This document shows positions 18,071 to 27,258 of a stretch of 64,000 nt of DNA, piece after piece. The DNA is taken from contig CAKVMD010000003.1 of NCBI GenBank assembly GCA_934771475.1, forward strand, positions 14,573 through 78,572, in the 5' to 3' direction. The position numbers were made by a program, and so were the translations under genes. Within the stretch, counting starts at the first letter, position 1. Every line of letters starts with the position of its first letter. Below the pieces are notes generated by a model. That model was not told the DNA's origin and ran no database searches. It saw only the letters and a list, made by a program, of their open reading frames with translations. Source of the DNA: an uncultured Clostridia bacterium. Its GTDB lineage: Bacteria; Bacillota; Clostridia; Christensenellales; UBA1242.

Positions 18071-19264
18071 ATGGAATATGTTAAAGGCGTGCCATATTTT
18101 GTGGCTGAAAATGAAAAAATAAAAAGTTACCCATACCTTGACGCTGATTTGTCTTGCGAAATTTTAATAGTGGGCGGAGGTGTTGATGGCGCTGTGGCCA
18201 ACTATTTTTTATCGCAAAATTATGATGTGGTGCTTGTGGACAATTCGCGCCTAGGTTATGGAGCGACAGCCCTTGCAACGAGTCTGCTAGAATATCAACT
18301 TGATGATTTTGCGGATGAACTTAAACCTTATTTATCGCAAGAGGAGGTTGTTCGCGTCTATGAAGCGGGGATATATGGCATTGACAAAATGGAGAGGTTG
18401 GTTCGCAGGCTCGAAAGTGATTGTCATTTTAAAAGAAAAGAGAGTTTTTTGTATTCAAATTGCTTTTTAGATAGGCGTGCAATCAAAAAAGAATATGATT
18501 TTAGGATTAGAAATGGTTTTCCGTGCGAATTTATCACGCGTGAAAATTCTCCGTTTAGTTTTAAAGTCGACATGGGTATTTTGTGTCCAAATGGAGGGGC
18601 AGAGATTGACCCATATCTTTTTGACAAAGCGTTAATTCAAAACTCGTCAAACCAAAATAGAATTTTTGAAAATACAAAGATTTCTGAAATAAAAAAGAGC
18701 GGAGATAGATTTGTGTGCAAAACCGCTTTTGGAAATAGTATTTACTGCAAAGAGGTTATTTTGGCGACTGGTTTTAATTTTGATTTAGCGCCAGATGCGG
18801 ACAGGCTCTGCAAGAGATTTGTTTCTTACTCAGTTGTTGCCAAGCCTTTGGGAGATATGGCTAAGCGAAATGATGCTTTGGTTCAAGATTGCTTAGAGCC
18901 TTATCACTATATGCGGTTTTTGCCTGATGAAAAAATTATCTATGGCGGAGAAGATACTCCAATGAAAGGTGCTATTTCTGCAAAAAAGGCAGAAAAAGCG
19001 TATGGCAAACTGCAAGCCTCTCTACAAAAAATGTTTCCGCTTTTTAAAGATGAGATTTCAGTGGAATACAAATTTTGTGGTGCATTTGGAACGACAAAAA
19101 ACAATTTGGGTATAATTGGACGAGATAAAAATGGAGTAATCAACTTTTTTAGTTGTGGCGCAAATGGAATTATAAATTCTATGTTTGGAATTGAAATTGT
19201 GGAGAAAATTTTAAAAGGGGAAACGCATCCGTTAGAGAGACTTTTTTCACCACAAAGAGAATAA
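18071..19264 (+). CDS. FAD-dependent oxidoreductase (DAO family)
   Basis: N-terminal dinucleotide-binding fold ILIVGGGVDGAVANYF...DVVLVD. Size is typical of the family. Confidence 0.8.
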   Translation: MEYVKGVPYFVAENEKIKSYPYLDADLSCEILIVGGGVDGAVANYFLSQNYDVVLVDNSRLGYGATALATSLLEYQLDDFADELKPYLSQEEVVRVYEAGIYGIDKMERLVRRLESDCHFKRKESFLYSNCFLDRRAIKKEYDFRIRNGFPCEFITRENSPFSFKVDMGILCPNGGAEIDPYLFDKALIQNSSNQNRIFENTKISEIKKSGDRFVCKTAFGNSIYCKEVILATGFNFDLAPDADRLCKRFVSYSVVAKPLGDMAKRNDALVQDCLEPYHYMRFLPDEKIIYGGEDTPMKGAISAKKAEKAYGKLQASLQKMFPLFKDEISVEYKFCGAFGTTKNNLGIIGRDKNGVINFFSCGANGIINSMFGIEIVEKILKGETHPLERLFSPQRE

Positions 19265-19344
19265 ATTCACCCTTGGGCAAAACTTTAAATACAATGAAAT
19301 GAAAGGGCTTTTCAATAGAGCAAAGTAATTATGCGGAGGATAAA

Positions 19345-20169
19345 ATGAATTGTTTAAAGAGTTTTTGCTGTTTTAAAAAGTGTGTAAATCGCCGAGCGGA
19401 GGAGATAAAATGCATTATCGGTGCAACTGGTCCAGCAGGGCCTATGGGTGCAACTGGACGAGGGCTTCAAATAGATGGAATTGTTGCGAGTGAAGAACTA
19501 TTGCCTAAAACCCCTTTAAATGGAACAGCCTTTTTGGTTGGAGAAAGTGCGCCTCGAAAAATGTTTGTTTTTGACAGCGCAAGTGGAGAGTGGATTGACC
19601 AAGGATATTTGCAAGGGGAGAAAGGCGAAAAGGGAGACAAGGGTGATACTGGTTATGGCGAAATAAAAAGCGCGTATCTTTTTACATTAAGAAGCCCTGA
19701 CTTTGTAATATACAATGGTGGTTTTGAAGTGCCAAGTAGAGGAAGGCTTCCAATTTTGGAAGAACGCGAAGTTTCGCTTGAAAGTCCCATCACTCTTGAC
19801 AAAGAAAACAGCACGATTCTTTTCAAAGAAGCGGGGGTTTATGAAATTGGGTTCACTTTTAGCGCTTACACAAAGATTTCACAAGATAAATTTGATTTAA
19901 ATGCTGACTTTGTTGCGGTTGGATTTAGAGAAGTCGATAGCGATAATGTCCTTGCCGGTGTTAATGATTGGAGTTACAACGAAGTGCCACACAATATTTC
20001 AGGGCAAGGAATTGTGAAAATAGATGATGTTTCCAAAGAGTATGAACTTGTCAATCTTCATGTTAGACCACTATTTTTGCTAGCTGGACGCAAGGAGCAA
20101 ACAATGACCTCATCTTATATGATAACTCCACTTGTTACAGTTGTTATAAAACAACTTCAAAAGATATAA
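19345..20169 (+). CDS. Collagen-like repeat protein, paralogue of 17087-17968
   Basis: Colinear with the neighbour: Cys-rich N-terminus, GATGPAGPMGATGRGLQIDG, the NGTAFLVG insert, [13 protein letters not shown], and the same C-terminal domain (FREVDSDNV, ELVNL). Confidence 0.88.
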   Translation: MNCLKSFCCFKKCVNRRAEEIKCIIGATGPAGPMGATGRGLQIDGIVASEELLPKTPLNGTAFLVGESAPRKMFVFDSASGEWIDQGYLQGEKGEKGDKGDTGYGEIKSAYLFTLRSPDFVIYNGGFEVPSRGRLPILEEREVSLESPITLDKENSTILFKEAGVYEIGFTFSAYTKISQDKFDLNADFVAVGFREVDSDNVLAGVNDWSYNEVPHNISGQGIVKIDDVSKEYELVNLHVRPLFLLAGRKEQTMTSSYMITPLVTVVIKQLQKI

Positions 20170-20172
20170 AAT

Positions 20173-20238
20173 AAAAAATCCTCGTTATATAGCATGAACT
20201 TGGGGAATTGCTATATTCAAGGACTTTTTTGTTTTTTT
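20173..20238. terminator. Imperfect hairpin terminator between convergent genes
   Basis: TCCT..TATATAGC / GCTATAT..AGGA with an internal loop, followed by a T-run. Confidence 0.55.
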
Positions 20239-20325
20239 AAACATTTAAAATTTGATTATAACATTTAATATTTAGTTTGGGGAAGATTGAGATAGTGCAC
20301 TATTTTGAACAACTACTTGGGGGAT

Positions 20326-21486
20326 TTAAACTATTCCTTCTATTCTACTTATTATAAAGCTTGCTCTTTTGTCTGGGTCGGCAATCGTTAATGATAGGTC
20401 GATACTATCAAGCAACACTTCACCATAAGTTTCAAGCATTACAAAGTTTAGGGTGCTTGGGACTCTAACCCTTATAAAATCTAAGCCCGTGCTTGTAACC
20501 CATGACACGCTGGTAAAAAGAAATCCTTTTTTGTTTTTTATGTCTATAAGCATTTGGTTCTCATAACTGTTACTGAATACTGTGAAGATTTTGAGGTATC
20601 TATATGGCGTTAAATCTACCGTAACTTTGTTGTGATATTGAAGCCCAGTAGTATAACCGCAATTTATACTTTCGTCTGTGGAGCGCATATCATAAATCAA
20701 AACTCCATTTAAGCATGGGGCCTGTGTGCCTCCGCCAGTCCCACCAGAAGTGTCTAAGTTGTCGACTGTTTCTTTAACACTTTGTGCAAGAGTTAGTGCT
20801 TGGTTTGCGGTGGCGGTTGTGGTTTCTGCGTTTGACTGAATAGTTGAAATTTGCCCGTTTATGGTTGTGATTGAGTTTGAAAGGTTGGTCGCGCCAGTCT
20901 CTAAATTGTCTACGCGGGTGGTGAGGGTGTTTAGGCTTTCGGTAACTGAAACAAGGCTGGAAGTGTTGGATGATACATTTGAAGAAAGCGTGTCCACTTG
21001 ACTTTGAAGTGTGCTTAATGAAGTTGCCTGCGCGCTTACTGTGCCTTGCAACGAAGTTATCGCGCTGGCATTTGCTGAAATGTTGGAGGCGTTGCTTGCA
21101 ATCGCCGAGGTGTTGTCGGCCACGGTTGTGTTAAGCGAATTTATAGAAGTTGTATGAGATGCAACGAGGTCTGAGAGTTCGTCAAGTGTTTTGTTTGTGT
21201 TTTTTAGCGAACTTTTCAATGTTTCAATGTCCGCATCATGAGTCTCCGCCTTGCTTTCAAGAGCGGTTATTTTTGTTTGACTTTCGCTTTGTGATGCCGA
21301 AAGTGAGTCTAGGCTACTAGACAAATTGTTTAGCGCTGTTTGCTGGGTTTGCAAAGTGGCTGTGAGTTCACTTACATCAACTCCGCCAAGCCCTTCAATT
21401 TGTGCTTCGAGGGTGGGAATTTTCTTTTTTGAGATTGCCCACACCTCTTTTTTTAATTTTTCTATATTCAAAAATATTGTTTCCAT
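20326..21486 (-). CDS. Ser/Thr/Asn-rich coiled-coil fibre protein with a globular C-terminal domain
   Basis: About 220 aa of low-complexity heptad-like sequence (LNNLSSSLDSLSAS...TLQSQVDTLSSNV...), a GGTGGG linker, then a ~130-aa beta-rich domain. No signal peptide. AAGGAG RBS. Confidence 0.7.
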   Translation of the reverse strand: METIFLNIEKLKKEVWAISKKKIPTLEAQIEGLGGVDVSELTATLQTQQTALNNLSSSLDSLSASQSESQTKITALESKAETHDADIETLKSSLKNTNKTLDELSDLVASHTTSINSLNTTVADNTSAIASNASNISANASAITSLQGTVSAQATSLSTLQSQVDTLSSNVSSNTSSLVSVTESLNTLTTRVDNLETGATNLSNSITTINGQISTIQSNAETTTATANQALTLAQSVKETVDNLDTSGGTGGGTQAPCLNGVLIYDMRSTDESINCGYTTGLQYHNKVTVDLTPYRYLKIFTVFSNSYENQMLIDIKNKKGFLFTSVSWVTSTGLDFIRVRVPSTLNFVMLETYGEVLLDSIDLSLTIADPDKRASFIISRIEGIV

Positions 21487-21518
21487 AAAAATCTCCTTGC
21501 CAGCATTTTAGCAAGGAG
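21487..21518 (-). terminator. Hairpin that is both a terminator and an SD-sequestering stem for the fibre gene
   Basis: On the minus strand: CUCCUUGC-UAAAAUGCUG-GCAAGGAG-AUUUUU-AUG. The 3' arm contains the only SD of the gene starting at 21486. Confidence 0.55.
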
Positions 21519-21523
21519 AGAGG

Positions 21524-22135
21524 CTACTTTTCAATTTTCACTGCCAGTTTTTTGCGTTTTTTCTTCTTTTTGCCGATAAACACTATGGAAAGCACAACCG
21601 TTATCCCCGCAAGAATAATTGGCACTGCGATTATTGCATTTCGATTTACGCCGTCTGGTCGTAGAGAGGATGATTTTATGAGGCCATTATATAGCGACCC
21701 GTCAGCAAGTACGATTTGAACCTCTGTGTAACCACCTTCGACATTGTCAAATCCGTTATAGATAAACACGCGCTGATTTTTTTCGGCAACATAAGTGGTC
21801 GGATTTTTTTCAAGGTCATAAACGAGGCAATTTTCTCTTACCGAGCAATTAAAAACAGGATATGTCTCTTGTGAAGGATTTTGAGTCAGGTAGTATTTAT
21901 AAACATACCCCTCAACATTTTCGCTTGTCTTTACAAGCACAAAATCACCATCTGTGCTTATTACTTCCACCTGGTCATTTTGAGACAAATAATAGTCCAC
22001 TTCCTCGTACTGAACAATACTAGATGTAAAATCTGGTGCGGTGTAAAGCGGACATTTAGAAGCCAAAACAAACGCGGTGCTGTTAGGGGCGAAGGCGCTT
22101 AAAACAATTATTGCAATAGATAACAAACTTTTCAT
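21524..22135 (-). CDS. Secreted double SH3b-like domain protein with a C-terminal TM anchor and poly-Lys tail
   Basis: Signal peptide MKSLLSIAIIVLSAFA. Two SH3_3-like segments (e.g. DQVEVISTDGDFVLVKTSENVEGYVYKYYL). TM segment AIIAVPIILAGITVVLSIVFI followed by KKKKKRKK. Confidence 0.7.
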   Translation of the reverse strand: MKSLLSIAIIVLSAFAPNSTAFVLASKCPLYTAPDFTSSIVQYEEVDYYLSQNDQVEVISTDGDFVLVKTSENVEGYVYKYYLTQNPSQETYPVFNCSVRENCLVYDLEKNPTTYVAEKNQRVFIYNGFDNVEGGYTEVQIVLADGSLYNGLIKSSSLRPDGVNRNAIIAVPIILAGITVVLSIVFIGKKKKKRKKLAVKIEK

Positions 22136-22141
22136 AGTATA

Positions 22142-22170
22142 ATTATCTACCATAAAAAAATTTTTGTCAA
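22142..22170 (-). promoter_or_regulatory. TTGACA-17-GATAAT promoter placed for a leaderless transcript
   Basis: The -10 ends 6 nt before the ATG at 22135, and there is no SD in between. Confidence 0.45.
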
Positions 22171-22297
22171 GGGAAAGAGCGCTAATAATTATGTGTAAAT
22201 TTTTTGCTTTATTGTTTCATTGCTTGCGTTTTTTGACGGATTATGGTAAGATAAAATCGTAAATTTATCGCTTGACTACAAGCGTTATGGAGGAAAT

Positions 22298-23170
22298 ATG
22301 AAAGTCGCAATTTTGACAGACAGCAACACAGGTCTTTTTGCTGAGGATGAAAAGAAATATAAAGGATTGTATGTTATGCCTATGCCTTTTATGATTGACG
22401 GAGAAAACTATTATGAAGGCATCAACCTCTCGCATGAGCAATTCTACGAAAAACTCAAAGGTGATGCGGAAATTTTTACTTCAATGCCTGCGATTGGAGA
22501 AGTTGTGGATAAGTGGGAAGAACTTTTAAAAGAATATGACCAAGTTGTGTATATTCCTATGTCAAGTTCACTTTCAATGTCTTGTCAGACCGCTATCAAT
22601 TTTGCTCGCGATTATGAGGGCAAGGTTTTTGTTGCAGACAATCAACGCATTTCGGTAACTCAAAAGCAATCAGTTTTTGACGCGCTTAAAATGGCGGAAG
22701 AGGGCAAAAGCGGAGAAGAAATCAAAGATTATCTTGAAGCCACAAAAAAAGATTCTTCTATTTACATAATGGTTGATACACTTAAATATCTCAAAAAAGG
22801 TGGGCGTATAACTCCTGCCGCAGCGATGATTGGAACTCTTTTAAAACTTAAACCAGTTCTTCAAATTCAAGGCGGAAAACTTGATAATTACGCAAAAACT
22901 CTCAATGAGCGCGTTGCAAGACAAAAAATGATTGACGCCATGAAAAAAGACTTTGAAACAAGATTTGCTTCTTTTGTTCAAGACAAGAGCATGAAACTTT
23001 TTGTGGCTTATACAAATTGCCTAGATAAGGCAAAAGATTTCGCGGAGCAAATAAAAAGGGAAATTCCTGATATGGAAATCTCGGCTATTGCTTCTCTTTC
23101 TCTTCAAGTTGCTTGCCATATTGGAGACGGAGCGATTGCGATTGCTTGTGCGAGAGAATATAGGGGGTAA
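22298..23170 (+). CDS. DegV family fatty-acid-binding protein
   Basis: MKVAILTDSNTGL N-terminus, with length and internal motifs (YLKKGGRI) typical of DegV. Confidence 0.9.
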   Translation: MKVAILTDSNTGLFAEDEKKYKGLYVMPMPFMIDGENYYEGINLSHEQFYEKLKGDAEIFTSMPAIGEVVDKWEELLKEYDQVVYIPMSSSLSMSCQTAINFARDYEGKVFVADNQRISVTQKQSVFDALKMAEEGKSGEEIKDYLEATKKDSSIYIMVDTLKYLKKGGRITPAAAMIGTLLKLKPVLQIQGGKLDNYAKTLNERVARQKMIDAMKKDFETRFASFVQDKSMKLFVAYTNCLDKAKDFAEQIKREIPDMEISAIASLSLQVACHIGDGAIAIACAREYRG

Positions 23171-23172
23171 TT

Positions 23173-23718
23173 ATGGAGGCGCTTTTTAGCAATAAAAGCA
23201 TACTAGACAAAAGTGCGGTTGAAAAATTCAATAAACTTATAGGCAAAAAATTAACCGCGTATGGCATAGTGCTAGTCATGGCATTTTGTGGTGTTGTGGG
23301 AGGTCTCCTTTGCCTTGTCAATTTGTTTTTGGGTATTGCGGTTATTGGCGTTGGTGCGCTGATAGGTTGTCCACTTACTGCGTATTTAATAAAAGACGCC
23401 ATGAAAAAAGATGCCGAAAAGTTGCTGGGCGGAAAGAAATATCTTGTAAACTTCGATTTCTACGATGACAAAGTCGCTATAAAAGCCGAAGAGGCGGACG
23501 AGGGCGCAAGCAAATACACTTATTCAGGCGAAGAGGAATTTCCTTATCAAGACATATTAAAAATAATTGTAAATGATGTGGAAATCTATATTCAGCGTGC
23601 AGGACAAGCCAACATTTTAGACCAGAGAGGTATGTCGCAAGGAACAGCGGGCGAACTCATTGAATTTTTAAGAGGAAAAGGCGTAAAAATTGAGGGTGCG
23701 CCAAAGGCTAAACAATAA
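23173..23718 (+). CDS. Hypothetical membrane protein (two TM helices plus a soluble C-terminal domain)
   Basis: Starts 2 nt after the degV stop. TM segments YGIVLVMAFCGVVGGLLCLV and LGIAVIGVGALIGCPL. Confidence 0.6.
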   Translation: MEALFSNKSILDKSAVEKFNKLIGKKLTAYGIVLVMAFCGVVGGLLCLVNLFLGIAVIGVGALIGCPLTAYLIKDAMKKDAEKLLGGKKYLVNFDFYDDKVAIKAEEADEGASKYTYSGEEEFPYQDILKIIVNDVEIYIQRAGQANILDQRGMSQGTAGELIEFLRGKGVKIEGAPKAKQ

Positions 23719-24231
23719 AAATAAATATTGGAAAGAAAAATCGCAAAATTACAGTAAAGTTTAGCAAAATATACTGAAAAAGAGCAAAAAATATCGAAAA
23801 TTGGTAAAAAATTTCGAAAAAATATAAAAAAATTACAAAAATACGCACATTTTCAATAGATAGTACTCAACAAAGAGAGGCAAATTTAACGATTTCGGTG
23901 AGAAGTCTTGGGGCTTGCCTCTTCTTTTTGTTGTATGGTTTGCCATTGTTCCCTGGTTTGTCTTTTTGTTGCGTAAGAGTGTTTTGCATAAGGGGAAATT
24001 GGTTGCGGGAATAGCACCTCTTTTGCGAATATAGGCTTTTTATTTTTTGAAAGTTGATTTGATAAGTCGTCTTTTTTTGGCGCGGTTCAATTTGAAAGGC
24101 GGGGGGGGTAGCCGCGGGGCGTTTTAAGAGCAAACTTGTCGTCAAGAGCGTGTGAATTTTTGAATGATAGACTTTCGCGAGAGTTTTTATATCAAGGAAG
24201 ATGAAGAGAGCGCGAAGAAAAGCAAGGTTTG

Positions 24232-25260
24232 TTAATAAGCAATCATCATCACTGATAGTGAGGCACTTGGCGCGCCAGAAGCGGTGATGGTTCTATCTTG
24301 TGCCACATTTGCCACTAAGGTGATTTTATCGTTTCGATTTATTAATGTTGCAAAAACCGCGGTGGTGTTGGTTGTTGTGGTAATTGGGCGTTTACTTGAT
24401 GTAACAAGAACTCCATTTATGGCAACCCCGACATAGTCTCCGGGCGCTGCTTGCTCACCATTGTTGACTGAGAAGGTTATGAGGAAGGTCCCAGTTGTGG
24501 GTGATATAAGCGCACTGTCCTCTATTTTAAAACTATTATTAAGTTCTATTTCATTTAAAAGAAGCGTGGCGCCATTTTTTACAATTTGAGAACTTGGATT
24601 ATATATTGTTGCGTTTATGTCGGGTGTCAAGCCGGGAGGCCCTGCCACACCTTGCGCACCTTTCTGTCCGCGGGGGATGTGAAATGTTAAACGATGTACA
24701 TTGTTTTCAAAGTCGTCAATCACCGCTGCATCTTCGCCCGGCTCAACGGTTTGTGTCCCGTTTATGGCAATGGTCTCGCTTACGCCAGCCTCTCCCTTTT
24801 CTCCGTCCTTACCCTTTGGCAAAAAGAAATCAAGATAATGCAAATCGTCCTCGTACCTATCTTCCACTCGGGGTTGCTCATTTTCCGCTATGGCAGTGGC
24901 ATCACCAGCCAAAATTGTCTCACTAAACCCGTCAAAGCCTTTTGGCAAGGCAAAATCTAAATAAACGGTGTTCCCTTCGTGAAGTGATTCGACTCGCGCC
25001 ATTTCGCCTGCTGGAAGAGTGCGAGTAGAGCGGATAACTATATTTTCTCCGCTAGGGCCTGTTGCTCCCGTTGCACCAGTGTTCCCCGTGGCTCCTGTTG
25101 CCCCGGTCGCGCCATCTAAGCCTGTTGCCCCGGTCGCGCCAGTTGCGCCCGTGGCTCCGGTGGAGCCTCTCAAACAAAAAGGCTCTGTAATTATTTGTTG
25201 TGGATACGCCCCACAAGTGTTTTTCAAAAATTGTTTAGAGTAATCACATTCTTTTTTCAT
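24232..25260 (-). CDS. BclA-like collagen-repeat protein (342 aa)
   Basis: [41 protein letters not shown], then three ~40-aa non-collagen modules each ending in (F/L)xxP(K/R)G, short GXY linkers, and a C-terminal ~125-aa beta domain. Confidence 0.9.
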   Translation of the reverse strand: MKKECDYSKQFLKNTCGAYPQQIITEPFCLRGSTGATGATGATGATGLDGATGATGATGNTGATGATGPSGENIVIRSTRTLPAGEMARVESLHEGNTVYLDFALPKGFDGFSETILAGDATAIAENEQPRVEDRYEDDLHYLDFFLPKGKDGEKGEAGVSETIAINGTQTVEPGEDAAVIDDFENNVHRLTFHIPRGQKGAQGVAGPPGLTPDINATIYNPSSQIVKNGATLLLNEIELNNSFKIEDSALISPTTGTFLITFSVNNGEQAAPGDYVGVAINGVLVTSSKRPITTTTNTTAVFATLINRNDKITLVANVAQDRTITASGAPSASLSVMMIAY

Positions 25261-25432
25261 GTTAATAGTACCTCAAAATATTTGTCGTTCAGGTTTGCGA
25301 ACTATAAGAATTTTTCATTTATGAGTACGCAAAGTCTCGCGAGAATTTCGCTAATAACATTATATTTTGAAAACTTTTCTTTGTTAAAAATTTGTATGTG
25401 GCATTCTGCTTGCGGGGGCTCAGTGGAAAAGA

Positions 25433-25475
25433 AAATAAAAAAAAGAGGGTGAGTTTTATGCGAAAATCCCTCTTT
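25433..25475 (-). terminator. Rho-independent terminator of the ABC operon
   Basis: Minus strand reads AGAGGG-loop-CCCTCT followed by T8. Confidence 0.7.
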
Positions 25476-25593
25476 CTTATCTATAAAATTGTTTTAGCGT
25501 GTGTTTTTAATATGTTTTTAAATAATTCATTTTAAATATATCTTTTAAACACAGTCTATAAATGTGCTTTTTTTGGTCGTTTTTAGGACGCAG

Positions 25594-26331
25594 TCATTTC
25601 TTTGCTCTTATCTTTTCTATTATAACTGAAACTACCACGAAAATGGCGGTGTAGAGAAGTAAGTACAAAACATGTGGATAAATTGCCCCCGCGCCTAGGG
25701 TGTGAAGGTCGCTTGCGATACTCACGCTATGTGAGAAAGGCAAAATATTAACAAATGTTGAAAAGCTCTTTGAAAGTCCGTTTAATGGCATAAATACACC
25801 GCCTAAAATTCCAACCAAAGAGATAAATATCGAAGAAATTGGCCCGGTTTGTTTCTCGTTACTACATATTATTCCTATCATTATGCCGAGGCAAATATAC
25901 AAAAGCGCTGACGGAATAAGGTGCAAAATAGTAAGAAGAAAGTTGATATTAAAAGGAAACTTAAATATAAGGGCAACAAGCATGAAAAGGCCGGTTTGCA
26001 TCACTGCAAGAGGCAAAGCGGAGCAAACAAAACTTGAATAATAAGTAAATTTGTTTATTGGAGCAATATTGAGGCGTTTTATAAATGATGTGTTCTTATC
26101 TCCCGCTATTTGAAGGGATACAAACATTCCAATAAAAGTATATCCAAAAACGCAAATACCGCTTGCATAAGACTCTATTTTGAAATTTGTTGGTGCGGGC
26201 TGAAAACTTGTAAATATTAATTGCATTAACACCAGCATAACAAGTGGAAATATTAAGCAAAATACAAGGCTTAGCGGGTCGCGTAGCATTTCTTTCATAT
26301 TGCGTTTAGTCAAAGAAAAAAGTTTTTTCAT
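25594..26331 (-). CDS. ABC-2 type transporter permease
   Basis: Six predicted TM segments, and a 4-nt overlap with the upstream ATPase gene. Confidence 0.85.
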   Translation of the reverse strand: MKKLFSLTKRNMKEMLRDPLSLVFCLIFPLVMLVLMQLIFTSFQPAPTNFKIESYASGICVFGYTFIGMFVSLQIAGDKNTSFIKRLNIAPINKFTYYSSFVCSALPLAVMQTGLFMLVALIFKFPFNINFLLTILHLIPSALLYICLGIMIGIICSNEKQTGPISSIFISLVGILGGVFMPLNGLSKSFSTFVNILPFSHSVSIASDLHTLGAGAIYPHVLYLLLYTAIFVVVSVIIEKIRAKK

Positions 26332-27041
26332 TGTTCCTCCTCCGTTAAATCTAAAAACGCTTGTTCCAAAGTTTCTTTGCCGGTCTGAGTGATAATTTCT
26401 TGTGGTGAGCCAACCGCCTTTATTTTGCCCTTGCTTATAATCGCGATTTTATCCGCCAGAAATTCAACCTCTTCAAGATAATGGGTTGTTAAAAGGATAG
26501 TCATAGACTTTTTTAGTTTTTCAATTATTGACCACAATAGTTTTCTTGCTTTGACATCAAGTCCAAGTGTCGGTTCGTCAAGAAACAAAATTTGAGGGGA
26601 GGTGATGATTGCAAGGGCAATACTTAGCCTGCGAAGTTGCCCGCCACTCAATTTTTTGCACAAAACATTTTCTTTTTCGCGCAAACCAAACTCGTCAATT
26701 ATTGAAGAGATAACCTTATCTTTGTCTTTGACATCATATAAAGATGCAATTAAGTCTAGATTTTCTCTTACGGTGAGATTTTTTGCAACCGCGCTCTCTT
26801 GTGGTGAAATGTTGATTATTTTCCTGATTTTATCTTTGTCTTTGACAAGGTCGAACCCATTTATTTGAGCGTCTCCGCTTGTGGGATTTATTTGCGTCGT
26901 AAGCATATTGATAAGGGTTGTTTTTCCAGCCCCGTTTAAGCCTAAAAGCGCAAAGCATTCATTGTCGTTAATGGTTAAATTTACCTCGCTAACAGCAGTT
27001 AGAGAGCCAAACTTTTTAGTAAGAGAATTTATTCCAATCAT
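26328..27041 (-). CDS. ABC transporter ATP-binding protein
   Basis: Walker A GLNGAGKTT, signature LSGGQLRR, Walker B ILFLDEP. Start moved to the ATG preceded by GGAGGAAAAG. Confidence 0.92.
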   Translation of the reverse strand: MIGINSLTKKFGSLTAVSEVNLTINDNECFALLGLNGAGKTTLINMLTTQINPTSGDAQINGFDLVKDKDKIRKIINISPQESAVAKNLTVRENLDLIASLYDVKDKDKVISSIIDEFGLREKENVLCKKLSGGQLRRLSIALAIITSPQILFLDEPTLGLDVKARKLLWSIIEKLKKSMTILLTTHYLEEVEFLADKIAIISKGKIKAVGSPQEIITQTGKETLEQAFLDLTEEEQ

Positions 27042-27258
27042 CTTTTCCTCCGCCATTTGCATTTAAAATAGCCTCTGCAAACTTGATATAGTCATCATAT
27101 TTTGCCAAAGCAATGCCTTTTTCCTTGTCCCCAAAAAGTATGAGCGTGTCGCCCTCTTTTATTCCAAAAACCTCACGAGCCTCTTTTGGAATAACCATTT
27201 GCCCCTTGCCACTCACTTTACTAGTCCAAATGTATTTACCTTTGTCGTTCTCTTTCAC
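27016..27258 (-). CDS. AbrB/MazE/SpoVT-type DNA-binding domain protein
   Basis: GKGQMVIPKEAREVFGIKEGDTLILF swapped-hairpin motif. GTG start after AAGGAGG. Overlaps the ATPase gene. Confidence 0.8.
   Translation of the reverse strand: MKENDKGKYIWTSKVSGKGQMVIPKEAREVFGIKEGDTLILFGDKEKGIALAKYDDYIKFAEAILNANGGGKDDWNKFSY

Noticed and set aside
20326-22153. Prophage tail-fibre module
   Set aside because: No terminase, portal, capsid, tape-measure, holin/lysin or integrase genes occur within the window. The fibre gene is therefore reported as a stand-alone oddity rather than as a prophage.
23867-24145. 92-aa minus-strand ORF in the collagen-gene 3' flank
   Set aside because: It has low-complexity Lys/Gln/Pro-rich sequence, no RBS, and spans the G8 tract. 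It is likely non-coding or a decayed remnant.
25019-25243. ORFs encoding PVAPVAPV-type repeats (also 28775-29068, 28078-28590, 17363-17958)
   Set aside because: These are the reverse-complement or shifted reading of GXY collagen codons. The collagen frame is far longer, has an RBS, and continues into conserved C-terminal domains.
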